64,000 nucleotides of DNA from contig CAVSBL010000002.1 in the NCBI GenBank assembly GCA_963726255.1, forward strand, positions 160,001-224,000, written 5' to 3'. Of this stretch, positions 9,907 to 18,811 are shown one piece after another. Source of the DNA: Candidatus Bathyarchaeota archaeon. GTDB lineage: Archaea; Thermoproteota; Bathyarchaeia; 40CM-2-53-6. The first letter of the stretch is position 1. Each line of letters begins with the position of its first letter. A program made the position numbers and the translations under genes. The notes under the pieces are model-generated. The model was given only the letters and a program-made list of their open reading frames with translations. It made no database searches and was not told where the DNA came from.

Positions 9907-10803
9907 TTGGTTTCACGGCGGCTCTACGAAATTCTTGGTATTGCATGCGGTTTCGTACTCATCGACTATGGTTTCAGCTTCGTTGCCGCAGGCTTCCCAG
10001 GAGCGCGCGCATTGACTTCGCAACTGCTTGGCGCCAACTTACTGGTTGGAGGGTCGGTTGCAGTTTTCGCTTCCCTTTACTATTTGCTTAAACCTGACTC
10101 TGTACCTAGTCCAACGGTGACATCGACTCCGTTGTCTCCTCCGGATGTGGGTGTGGAGACGATTGTAGAGGAAGAGACGCCCCCGAAATCAGGGTTCTAC
10201 AGAAATATCGAGTACGTGGGATATTTCTTTACGGTTCTAGGCCTCTTTTCTGCTGCGGACCTAGTTCTCCAAGTCTTCCTTCGCTCCACATACAACGAAG
10301 GCCGGTGGTGGGTTGAAGTCCTGCTTGTAACCTTCGGGGTACTTTCCTACACAATCTTCGGCTCCATTGGTCGCCTTGGGTCCCAAGAAGAAGCCAAATT
10401 GGCGGGCCCACCTGCCCAGCCTAGACTCTACCCCGACAATGTAGCGCCGCCACCAACAGCACCTACGATGCCCAGCCCATCACTCCCGGAGTCTTTGGAA
10501 ATACAAATCGTAGACTTTACGAGGTCGCCGAGCGGCGAATACGAACAGCATCTGTCGGGCCAAGTTTACGACATGTTCCGAATAGAAAGAGAGGGCGTCA
10601 CAGTTTGGAGAGAAGATAGGCAGAGAATTCGTTCTGTCTATTTGGCTGGGCCATATGAGGTAAGCAGGAAGATGTTGGAAGAAGGCGTGAAGCGCGACGA
10701 AGAGTTGAAGATCGGGTCTTTGAAGCTCTCGGTTGATTCGATGCAAGGTTTGCTGGCTTTGCTTGAGCGCCCACCTGAAAGCGCCACTCCTGTTTCGAGT
10801 TAG
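9907..10803 (+). CDS. Hypothetical membrane protein (about 4 TM, Pro-rich linkers, soluble C-terminal domain)
   Basis: 298-aa ORF with hydrophobic segments; no family recognised. Confidence 0.7.
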   Translation: MVSRRLYEILGIACGFVLIDYGFSFVAAGFPGARALTSQLLGANLLVGGSVAVFASLYYLLKPDSVPSPTVTSTPLSPPDVGVETIVEEETPPKSGFYRNIEYVGYFFTVLGLFSAADLVLQVFLRSTYNEGRWWVEVLLVTFGVLSYTIFGSIGRLGSQEEAKLAGPPAQPRLYPDNVAPPPTAPTMPSPSLPESLEIQIVDFTRSPSGEYEQHLSGQVYDMFRIEREGVTVWREDRQRIRSVYLAGPYEVSRKMLEEGVKRDEELKIGSLKLSVDSMQGLLALLERPPESATPVSS

Positions 10804-10809
10804 TCTGAG

Positions 10810-10899
10810 CTACTTCGTTAAGAGGGCACGTAGGATAACCGATATCACGACGACAGTCGTTATGGCGAACGCGATCACAACCACCTGCTCTTTACTCAT
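10810..10899 (-). CDS. 29-aa single-TM microprotein (MSKEQVVVIAFAITTVVVISVILRALLTK)
   Basis: ATGA overlap with the heme A synthase stop codon; one uninterrupted hydrophobic helix; absent from the ORF track. Confidence 0.65.
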   Translation of the reverse strand: MSKEQVVVIAFAITTVVVISVILRALLTK

Positions 10900-11357
10900 C
10901 TAGCGTGCATCCCCCCAGAATCGGAGAACAGAGCGGTCAGGGTTGTTGTCAACGCGCTAGCGAACACCAACGTCGCTACGGCAAGGTGAGAGGTGACCAC
11001 GATCGGTAGCGTCCTCGTGCTTACGGTCACCATGCCAAGAATGATTTGGCAAAACAACAAGACGAAAGTTAGCGTCGAAAGTTTCGTTAGCCTGCTACGC
11101 CAATGGTATTTGCTCCAAGCAAAAAGCATCGTAGCTACAACTAACATCGTAACGACGATTGTCCAAACCCTATGTGTGAACTCGATCAGAACACTGAGCG
11201 TCAGCGCCGGAACCACCTGTCCTCGGCACAGGGGCCAATCTGGGCAGGCTAGTCCGGAACCCGTGGAGGACACTACTCCGCCGATTACTATCAGGATGTA
11301 GACGGCGATTGCTGTGGCCAGCGACAAGTAGCGGAAGGCTGTGAGCTTCAAGGCCAT
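10896..11357 (-). CDS. ctaA: Heme A synthase, short 4-TM form
   Basis: GLACPDWPLC, EFTHR and VTSHL motifs; start MALKLT overlaps the subunit I stop; 153 aa. Confidence 0.88.
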   Translation of the reverse strand: MALKLTAFRYLSLATAIAVYILIVIGGVVSSTGSGLACPDWPLCRGQVVPALTLSVLIEFTHRVWTIVVTMLVVATMLFAWSKYHWRSRLTKLSTLTFVLLFCQIILGMVTVSTRTLPIVVTSHLAVATLVFASALTTTLTALFSDSGGMHAR

Positions 11358-12835
11358 GGGTCTCCGGTTACCCGTGGCCCGCGAAGCCAACTGAAAACCA
11401 GGTTTAGCACCAGAATGATCACGCCTATTCCTATGAGGAAACCTGCGATGCTGGCCAGAAGGTTCGGCGTTGCGTACTGGAGTGGGTAGGTGTACCAGCG
11501 CCGTGGCATGCCTTCCATCCCGAGGAGTAGCATCATCGAGAAGAGGAGGAAAAGGCCGACTTCCGTAATTACGAATTGGATGTTTCCCCATTTTTCGTTA
11601 TACATTCTTCCCGACATGTAGGGGAAGTAGAAGTATAGGGCAGCGAAAATGGCTTGAGTTGAGGAGCCCAAGAGCATGAGGTGCAGGTGGCCGACAACCC
11701 AGTATGTGTCGTGAAACAAGTAGTCTACGGGAATCGCCGCTTGAAAGACGCCTGTGGCGCCGGCGAAGAAGAACGTGGAGATGAATGCTATGGCATATTT
11801 CATCGGCACCTTAAGGCTGATACGACCCCCTAGCATTGTCCCAATCCAATTGAACACTTTGATTCCAGACGGGACGGCGATGGCGAGGGTCATAGCCATG
11901 AAGGGAAATCGGGCGGTTATCGATAGCCCCGATGTGAACATGTGGTGCGCCCACACGCCGAACCCGAAGACACCTATCATGATTCCGGACCCGGCGACCA
12001 TTCCATACCCGAAAATCTTCTTGTGAGACATGATCGGGATTATTTCGGATATTAGCCCAAATGCTGGAATAATCATTATGTATACTTCGGGGTGGCCGAA
12101 GAACCAGAACATGTGCTGCCACATAAGCGGGTCGCCCCCTAGTTTGGGCAGAAAGAATCCTGTTCCAAGGTTTCGGTCGAAAAGAAGCATTACCAGTGCG
12201 GCTGAGAGGACAGGGGTTGCGCCAATGATCAAGAATGAGTTAACTAAGATCATCCAGACGAAGAGCGACATGTTTCTGAACATGACGCCGGGGCCGCGGA
12301 GCCTGTAGATTGTGACGACGAAGTTCACAGCGCCCAGTATCGAAGAGACACCGAGAACGGTCAGGCCCAGAAGCCATAGGTCAATCCCATAGCCGGGGGA
12401 ATAAACTGAAAGGGGTGCGTAGCCGCTCCAACCCGCGTCAGGTAACCCTGCCCAGATCAGAGCACCCCCGACCGGAAGCAGCCAGAAGCTTAGCGCGTTT
12501 AGACGGGGGAAGTACATGTCTTTGGCCCCGATTAATTTCGGCACTAAGTAGTTCCCGAATCCGACGAGGCAGGGTATCACCCACAGGAAAATCATCGTGG
12601 TGCCATGGGTTGTGAAGAGGCTGTCGTAAATCTCAGGCGTTACAACAGCATTCCCAGGCTCAGCCAGTTGGGTTCTGATTAATAGCGCCGCGACGCCGCC
12701 CAAGATGAAGAAGAAGAACGAAGTGCAGATGTAGAGAATGCCAATGTCGGTATGATGCGTGGTTGTGAGTATCCCTCTCAAGCTAGAATAGAACGCTGGC
12801 GTTTCTTTCGGTTTTTCCTCAACTGTGACTTGCAA
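11348..12835 (-). CDS. coxA: Heme-copper oxidase subunit I, A1 type
   Basis: HTDIG, HGTTMIF, WFFGHPEVY, VWAHHMF, HDTYWVVGHLH and GMPRR motifs; K-channel IAVPSGIK; TTG start. Confidence 0.97.
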   Translation of the reverse strand: MQVTVEEKPKETPAFYSSLRGILTTTHHTDIGILYICTSFFFFILGGVAALLIRTQLAEPGNAVVTPEIYDSLFTTHGTTMIFLWVIPCLVGFGNYLVPKLIGAKDMYFPRLNALSFWLLPVGGALIWAGLPDAGWSGYAPLSVYSPGYGIDLWLLGLTVLGVSSILGAVNFVVTIYRLRGPGVMFRNMSLFVWMILVNSFLIIGATPVLSAALVMLLFDRNLGTGFFLPKLGGDPLMWQHMFWFFGHPEVYIMIIPAFGLISEIIPIMSHKKIFGYGMVAGSGIMIGVFGFGVWAHHMFTSGLSITARFPFMAMTLAIAVPSGIKVFNWIGTMLGGRISLKVPMKYAIAFISTFFFAGATGVFQAAIPVDYLFHDTYWVVGHLHLMLLGSSTQAIFAALYFYFPYMSGRMYNEKWGNIQFVITEVGLFLLFSMMLLLGMEGMPRRWYTYPLQYATPNLLASIAGFLIGIGVIILVLNLVFSWLRGPRVTGDPWP

Positions 12836-12852
12836 CGCTCATCTTAGCTCCG

Positions 12853-13329
12853 TCACGCGACTGCGACGAGTTGGCCTATCATCGTATAATGACCTGTACC
12901 ACAGAACTGTGTGCATTCAATCCGGTATTGTCCCGGGCTGTCTGCCCTCAGCCAGTAATGGTTATCATGGCCTGGAATGGCATCGATGTGAATTCCCAGC
13001 TCATAAATGAAGAAACTATGTGCCACATCCATGCTAACGATCTCTAAATCTACTTCCTGCCCAGCCTTAACGTAGAGGGTGTTCTGTATGGAAGTTCCGT
13101 TAGGATATTCTTTGGTTGTTCCGTTGGGGAACGTTATCGAACTTCCTGGTGCATATTCGAACGTCCAGTAAAATTGACGGGCGATGACTTTCACATGGAG
13201 CGCTCCCGGTTGTTGGGGTGGTGTATCTACGGCGATTAACTGAACGCCGGCCACGACTCCTATGTATGCTAGAACGACGGAGGTGATCAGTATGGATAGA
13301 ATCTCAATGGCATTAGTCTTCGAAACCAT
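12853..13329 (-). CDS. coxB: Heme-copper oxidase subunit II (one TM helix plus CuA domain)
   Basis: ARQFYW, DVAHSF and CTQFCGTGHYTM CuA ligands. Confidence 0.93.
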   Translation of the reverse strand: MVSKTNAIEILSILITSVVLAYIGVVAGVQLIAVDTPPQQPGALHVKVIARQFYWTFEYAPGSSITFPNGTTKEYPNGTSIQNTLYVKAGQEVDLEIVSMDVAHSFFIYELGIHIDAIPGHDNHYWLRADSPGQYRIECTQFCGTGHYTMIGQLVAVA

Positions 13330-13562
13330 TACTTCGCACCAGCCTTTTGCGGTTTCTCTCTAAATCTGATTATGGCGTAGAACAGAAGACCGAAGACTAC
13401 TAGCCCCACAATTATTCCAATGATCAGAATCTGGTTGAACAGGGCCCATTCGGCTTCAACTTGAAAGGACTGCGCGAAAGCGAAGGGTGTTGACAGGAAG
13501 AAAACGAAAAAAACAACTAATGCGAGCAGTTTGCGTGTGAAACGCAGGGCGTGTACTTGCAC
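13329..13562 (-). CDS. Separated N-terminal part of oxidase subunit II (signal peptide plus TM helix I)
   Basis: LFNQILIIGIIVGLVVFGLLFYAIIRFRE matches CoxB helix I; TAATG overlap with coxB. Confidence 0.75.
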   Translation of the reverse strand: MQVHALRFTRKLLALVVFFVFFLSTPFAFAQSFQVEAEWALFNQILIIGIIVGLVVFGLLFYAIIRFREKPQKAGAK

Positions 13563-13735
13563 TAAGGATTACCACAGCGATTTTGAGTGCTGCAAATCGT
13601 TTGGTCTGATATTTAGGTTTGGGTGTTCCTCGTTTCGGTAATGAAAAAAGGCAGTGCTAACATTTCCACATTTGCCTGTTCTGCTTTCAGGGGCAAAAGC
13701 CTACGGCTGCGACTGAAGAAAGAGGCACAGAAGAA

Positions 13736-14452
13736 TTGAATCGCATTGTTCCGTTAGGCCTGACTCCAAATGAAGCTAGGGGCTGGTATCTTCGCGCCGT
13801 GCTAATGCCGTGGCTACTGAGGGGCGTCATTGCAATCAGCGTCGCCTCCACGATGATTCTTTCTATGCTTACCACGCTACGCACCTACCTTGAGTCGACT
13901 TTGATTTTGCACATGGTGGCGGAACCATTCATCTATATCGCTGCGGGTTTTCTCCTAGCGTACGGACTACATTCGCTTCTATTTGTGGCGTCCCGGTTTC
14001 ACAAGAAGATCAAAGAAATCTACCGCCAACTCCTGAAGGCCAATTACGTATTCAATAGATGGGGCGTGTTCACCTTCATCATAGCTTGTCTACTAACTGC
14101 CTACTGGTACCTACCAGTCAATTTTGATGTAGCTGTGCTGAATGGTTTGGCTCATTATGAGATGCATATCACCTTACTCGTCGCAGGCGCTCTAGTGTAC
14201 GTAGGGTCGAGAGGGTTGACGAAGGGGGCGCGGCGACTTGCGCCGATAATTGTAGGGAAAGCGTTGGGTTTGTATGGTCTTGTTCTGCTCCTTACGCCCA
14301 CGTACATTTACTCTGTGTACCCTGTGTCCGAGCAGGTTGAAGCCGGCGTGGCTATGGAGGTCCTGATGTTCGTGCTGGATCTAACTGTTATGCCCCTCTG
14401 GTTGTACAATTACTTCGGCAAGGGTCCAGTAAGCTTAGAAAGGCAGCCATGA
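13736..14452 (+). CDS. CtaG/DUF1404-like oxidase assembly membrane protein
   Basis: LHMVAE, YWYLP..FD.A and HYEMH motifs; divergent from the cox operon; start uncertain. Confidence 0.65.
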   Translation: MNRIVPLGLTPNEARGWYLRAVLMPWLLRGVIAISVASTMILSMLTTLRTYLESTLILHMVAEPFIYIAAGFLLAYGLHSLLFVASRFHKKIKEIYRQLLKANYVFNRWGVFTFIIACLLTAYWYLPVNFDVAVLNGLAHYEMHITLLVAGALVYVGSRGLTKGARRLAPIIVGKALGLYGLVLLLTPTYIYSVYPVSEQVEAGVAMEVLMFVLDLTVMPLWLYNYFGKGPVSLERQP

Positions 14453-14487
14453 TTTCTTAGCAATTCAATCGGGATGGATGAACTAGT

Positions 14488-14727
14488 TTGGCTTACGAGT
14501 TCGTGGAAGCTTTCTCCTCAGTCTTTCCTAAGATTCGTATTACTCAGATTCTAGCGGTTCTAGGAATACTGGTGGACTTGGCCTGGAGGGTTGCAAGCCG
14601 CAATTTTGTGCACCCTTCATTTATCGACATTCCCGCCGCTCTCCTAGTCGGCCTCTATTTGGGAAAGCGCCCTAATGCGGTGAGGACGGACGAAGGGAAG
14701 AAGTCGAGATGGATTAGGCTGTCTTGA
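14488..14727 (+). CDS. Small hypothetical membrane protein
   Basis: 79-aa ORF with two hydrophobic stretches that fills the intergenic gap. Confidence 0.45.
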   Translation: MAYEFVEAFSSVFPKIRITQILAVLGILVDLAWRVASRNFVHPSFIDIPAALLVGLYLGKRPNAVRTDEGKKSRWIRLS

Positions 14728-14743
14728 GAGTCTCAATAGTACC

Positions 14744-15358
14744 TCAAGGCGAAATACCCGTCAATAAGTAGACTCCGACGATCCCAGCTAGGACCAGCAT
14801 AGTCACGATCACCATTATGACTCCCACCCGGAGGCCTTCATGCCTCGGTTGGAGGAATTTAATGTCCGGGTAGGCTTTCAGTACAGCTTGGCACAACAGC
14901 AGTGATACCACTGCTCCCGACAAGACCTGAAGAGAGTTTATCGTTACAAGTTCCGCAAAAGCGGCGCCAACTCCGTACAACGGGGTTTCCACAGAAAAGT
15001 AGCCAAGCAACATCGCAATTGCGCCCGCCACCACACCAGCCACCTTGAGAGGAAGTCTCCTATTATTTCCGATTAGGCCAGTTAGGAAACCTTCAGTCCC
15101 TTTGATGAAGAGTGTTAACGGCGAGAAGTACGCATAGCCCAAGAGAATGTCAGAGATTGCCGAGCCAACGCCACCCGCAATACCACCAAGCCTTGCGCCG
15201 AATAGCAAGCCTGCGAGCATGACCATCGCATCACCTAGGTTGAAGTAACCACGAGTGGGCGGGAACGGTATGCTGATGACCATAGTAACGGCCGCAGTCG
15301 CAGCCGTCATAACGGCGGTGAGCGCTACCTCTCGAGGTTGCAGCGGCTTAGTACCCAA
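14744..15358 (-). CDS. ECF transporter S-component
   Basis: IPFPPTRGYFNLGD, GGVGSAISDILLGY and IKGTEG motifs; TTG start after GGTAGGAG. Confidence 0.88.
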   Translation of the reverse strand: MGTKPLQPREVALTAVMTAATAAVTMVISIPFPPTRGYFNLGDAMVMLAGLLFGARLGGIAGGVGSAISDILLGYAYFSPLTLFIKGTEGFLTGLIGNNRRLPLKVAGVVAGAIAMLLGYFSVETPLYGVGAAFAELVTINSLQVLSGAVVSLLLCQAVLKAYPDIKFLQPRHEGLRVGVIMVIVTMLVLAGIVGVYLLTGISP

Positions 15359-15434
15359 TACTCCTACCCGCACTGCTACCCCCACGTCAAGTTGAATTAA
15401 ACTTCGCCCTTCATGAGTCATGAGCCATGGGGAC

Positions 15435-16097
15435 TTATCGCAATAGGTTCTTGGCCCAAGCGGATAGGTCTCGAACTGTTTCTTCGCTAACCTCGTGCCC
15501 CATTGGATACTCCCGATAGTCTACGCGGGCTCCGGCCTTCTTCAGCAGCTCTGCGGATTCACGGGCTAGGCGTACGGGTATAATTTCGTCGTATGTACCG
15601 TGGGCGATGAAGGCGGAAAAGCTGCCAAGATTTTCTAGGGTGAGTGACAAGCCGGAGCGTTGCGGGATGTAACCGCTCAAGGCGGCGATTCCGAGAAACG
15701 AAGCTGGGTCCATTAACGATACGGCATAGGCCAACATAGTTCCCTGACTGAAACCTAGGAGCATGATCCGTTCAGGGTTCACAGGGTAACCTGTCCTGAT
15801 CTCGTCTATGAACCGACGTAAAATGTCGAGGCTCGAAACGAACGTCTGAGCATGTGGCATTCCCTCCTGGCCCACGTCGTACCAAGCGAATCCTCCACCA
15901 AACTGGAATGGTCGCGGTGCACGTGGAGAAATAATAAGAACGTCAGTCAAACCCAGCGAACTCACGAGTGGTATCAAATCGTACTCGTCGGTTCCACGAC
16001 CATGGAATGCGACAACAGCTGCATATCGCTCGGCTTTCTGGGTAGGATAGAAAACGACATGTTCGAGCGACGCCGCTATCGGGGAGCCTTCCTTCAT
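15435..16097 (-). CDS. Phospholipase/carboxylesterase (alpha/beta hydrolase)
   Basis: FHGRG, GFSQG nucleophile, HGTYD and MGHE motifs. Confidence 0.9.
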   Translation of the reverse strand: MKEGSPIAASLEHVVFYPTQKAERYAAVVAFHGRGTDEYDLIPLVSSLGLTDVLIISPRAPRPFQFGGGFAWYDVGQEGMPHAQTFVSSLDILRRFIDEIRTGYPVNPERIMLLGFSQGTMLAYAVSLMDPASFLGIAALSGYIPQRSGLSLTLENLGSFSAFIAHGTYDEIIPVRLARESAELLKKAGARVDYREYPMGHEVSEETVRDLSAWAKNLLR

Positions 16098-16162
16098 TGT
16101 CGATTCTACATCTCTGGAAAGGTTGTTATCGAGCCTCGTGGGCCATAGTCTCGTTGGAAGTT

Positions 16163-17290
16163 ATGAAGCTTCAGCCTTTTGAATTGGAGCGTTGGCAATC
16201 TACATGGGAGCACCAAGTCGAATACAATCTGTCAGAGAGCGGCGTGGAACCGCTCAAGCTCCGTGAGTTGCTTGACGGCGACGCGTCCGTTATGCTCACC
16301 CAATCCCTAGGATACAGTCAAACGAATGGAACCGAGGAACTGAGGAAGGCAATTGCGGCAACTTATCCCAAGGCGACGGCCAATGATTTGTTGGTAACAA
16401 ATGGAAGCTCTGAAGCAATCTTTGTGGCCCTCTGGCATTTCCTCCAAAGAGGCACCGAGGTCGTCGTCATGCTTCCAAACTACATGCAAATCTGGGGCTT
16501 GGCCAAAACGATGCAAGCCAAGGTCAAACCGTTTTGGCTGAGGGAAGAAGGAGGTCAATGGTCGTTCGATCTGAGGGCTTTGAGAAAAATTCTGAGTAAG
16601 AAAACAAAGCTCATCGCGGTCTGCAACCCCAACAACCCGACCGGCGCTGTGCTCGATGAGGAGAGGGTTGAGGCTGTTTGTGAAATTGCTAGAAAGGCGG
16701 GTGCTTGGATTCTCTCGGACGAAGTGTACCGTGGCGCGGAACTAGACGGAGTGGAAACTCCGACATTTTGGGGTAGGTATGATAAGGTCATCGTTACGAA
16801 CGGGTTGTCAAAGGTCTATGGCCTGCCTGGATTGAGGATTGGTTGGGCATTAGCTGGCCGGGAGTTGGCGGCCAAACTCTGGTCCTACCATGACTATACA
16901 ACCATTGGTCCAAATGCTTTGAGCGACTATATCGCAAGCAGAGCACTGCAACCGGAAATGCGAGCAAGAATCTTAGAGCGAACTCGCACAATCCTCCGTT
17001 CGAACCTGTCTCTTCTGGAGCGTTGGGTGCATGAACATCGAGAGTACTTATCTTTCATTCCACCGAAGGCCGGGGCGATCGCGTTCCTCAGGTACCATCT
17101 CAAAATCAACTCGACCGAACTGGCCGAACGGCTACTCCATGAAAAGAGCACGTTGATAGTGCCCGGCGACCACTTCGGCATGGATCACTACTTGCGAATC
17201 GGTTACGGTTCCGACAGTAGACGTTTATCTGCCGGCCTCGAACGCGTCGGAGAACTGCTTTCAACCTTAGAAAAGGCGGCAATCGCATAG
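16163..17290 (+). CDS. PLP-dependent aminotransferase class I/II
   Basis: NLSESG, NPNNPTG, DEVY and SKVYGLPGLRIGW motifs; start at MKLQPF. Confidence 0.92.
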   Translation: MKLQPFELERWQSTWEHQVEYNLSESGVEPLKLRELLDGDASVMLTQSLGYSQTNGTEELRKAIAATYPKATANDLLVTNGSSEAIFVALWHFLQRGTEVVVMLPNYMQIWGLAKTMQAKVKPFWLREEGGQWSFDLRALRKILSKKTKLIAVCNPNNPTGAVLDEERVEAVCEIARKAGAWILSDEVYRGAELDGVETPTFWGRYDKVIVTNGLSKVYGLPGLRIGWALAGRELAAKLWSYHDYTTIGPNALSDYIASRALQPEMRARILERTRTILRSNLSLLERWVHEHREYLSFIPPKAGAIAFLRYHLKINSTELAERLLHEKSTLIVPGDHFGMDHYLRIGYGSDSRRLSAGLERVGELLSTLEKAAIA

Positions 17291-17395
17291 CCCTTACTCG
17301 AAGGGCCCGATCGCCCGCTATTTCGCGAAATAACGAACCGAAAGGTTTCAATTGGGGGAGGCAGAACTCTCGGATTCAATTGTGAAGTATTAGTT

Positions 17396-17590
17396 ATGAG
17401 TCAAAAGACAACGCACGTAAAACTAAGGTGTTTGGAATGCAAAGCGAAGTTCGACAGCAAGTATGACGCCTTCGACACGTCGGTCATAACAAGCGTAGGG
17501 CAAGTCCTAGAGAACTTCATCTTCTGCCAGAAAATCGGGAAACGGGGATGCGGGAAACGGGTTTCAGTCGTAGTTATCGATATTAGATAG
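17396..17590 (+). CDS. Small Cys-rich putative Zn-binding protein
   Basis: CLEC...CQKIGKRGC; co-oriented 25 nt upstream of the SQR-like gene. Confidence 0.6.
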   Translation: MSQKTTHVKLRCLECKAKFDSKYDAFDTSVITSVGQVLENFIFCQKIGKRGCGKRVSVVVIDIR

Positions 17591-17615
17591 AACCCATATT
17601 CGTCGTGAAATTGGC

Positions 17616-18764
17616 GTGGGCAAGAATATCCTAATTCTAGGCGGAGGCTTTGGTGGTCTAGCGGCGGCTAACAAACTCCGGAAAGGCCTCAGCTCCGAGC
17701 ATACAGTAATCTTGGTTGACAAGCAACCACTCTTTTTCATGGGTCTTACAAAACTCTGGGTAATTAACGGCAGAAGGCAAGTGGGCCAGAATCCCGGTAA
17801 TAGAACTCTGTTGGCGAAGCGTGGGATCAATTTCGTCGAAGGTGAAGTAAGCGAAATTGACCTTGCAAACCGTGAAGTTCGAATCGGAACCGAGCGCTTC
17901 ACCTATGACTACCTGATTATCGCCTTGGGGGCCGACTATTCGCTCGGCTCGCCAAAGGGCTTCGCTAGGTATGCTAAGAACATGTATACGGAGAGCGGTT
18001 GCGCGGAGATTAGGGATCTGCTTCCTTCGCTTAGAGGAGGGACGTTGACTGTCCTTGTTTGCGGGTTACCGTTCAAGTGTCCCCCAGCACCTTACGAGGC
18101 ATCAATGATCATAGACGATGTCCTAAGGAAAAATGGGGTCAGGGACGAAGTGAGAATGCAAATTGTAACCCCTGAGGCTCACCCACTCGGTATACTTGGT
18201 TCTGAAGCCGGAAAGAGGGTAACCACGCTCCTCGCAAGTCGAGAAATCGCCTACTATCCCTCGCAAAAAGTGAAAGAAATTCGACAAACGAGTATCCTAA
18301 CTGAAGAAGGGAAAGAGATCCCGCACGATGCGATTTTCGCGATTCCCATACATGTAGCCCCCTCAGTGCTGAAGAATTCTAGACTATTGGATGAGTCTGG
18401 ATGGATTCCGGTAGATTCAGCGACGCTAGCGACGCAGATTCCGAACGTTTATGCGGTCGGCGACTGCGCGGACCCCAAGACGCCTAAAGGGGCCATGCTT
18501 CCTAGGGCAGGCGTTTTAGCAGAAGAGCAAGGAAAGGTTGTAGCGCAGAATATAATTAACGAAATCCAAGGCGCCGGGAAATCAGCCTCCTTTGACGGTC
18601 AAGGAGTTTGCTTCATGGAAGCCGGAGATGGAATAGCCGCACCGCTTCGCGCGAATTTCTATGCGCAGCCTAATCCGGAATGGGAACTCGAGCCCCCGAG
18701 TGAGGATGGATTCCGGCAGAAGCAAAATTACTTGGAGGACCGCATGAAAGCCTGGTTCGACTGA
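17616..18764 (+). CDS. Sulfide:quinone oxidoreductase-like FAD-dependent oxidoreductase
   Basis: GGGFGG, FKCPPAPYE, YAVGD and C-terminal VCFME (two redox Cys). Confidence 0.8.
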   Translation: MGKNILILGGGFGGLAAANKLRKGLSSEHTVILVDKQPLFFMGLTKLWVINGRRQVGQNPGNRTLLAKRGINFVEGEVSEIDLANREVRIGTERFTYDYLIIALGADYSLGSPKGFARYAKNMYTESGCAEIRDLLPSLRGGTLTVLVCGLPFKCPPAPYEASMIIDDVLRKNGVRDEVRMQIVTPEAHPLGILGSEAGKRVTTLLASREIAYYPSQKVKEIRQTSILTEEGKEIPHDAIFAIPIHVAPSVLKNSRLLDESGWIPVDSATLATQIPNVYAVGDCADPKTPKGAMLPRAGVLAEEQGKVVAQNIINEIQGAGKSASFDGQGVCFMEAGDGIAAPLRANFYAQPNPEWELEPPSEDGFRQKQNYLEDRMKAWFD

Positions 18765-18811
18765 AAACCCATCGTAATCCAGAATAGAGTCTCCCCAATC
18801 AGTCCACGCAG

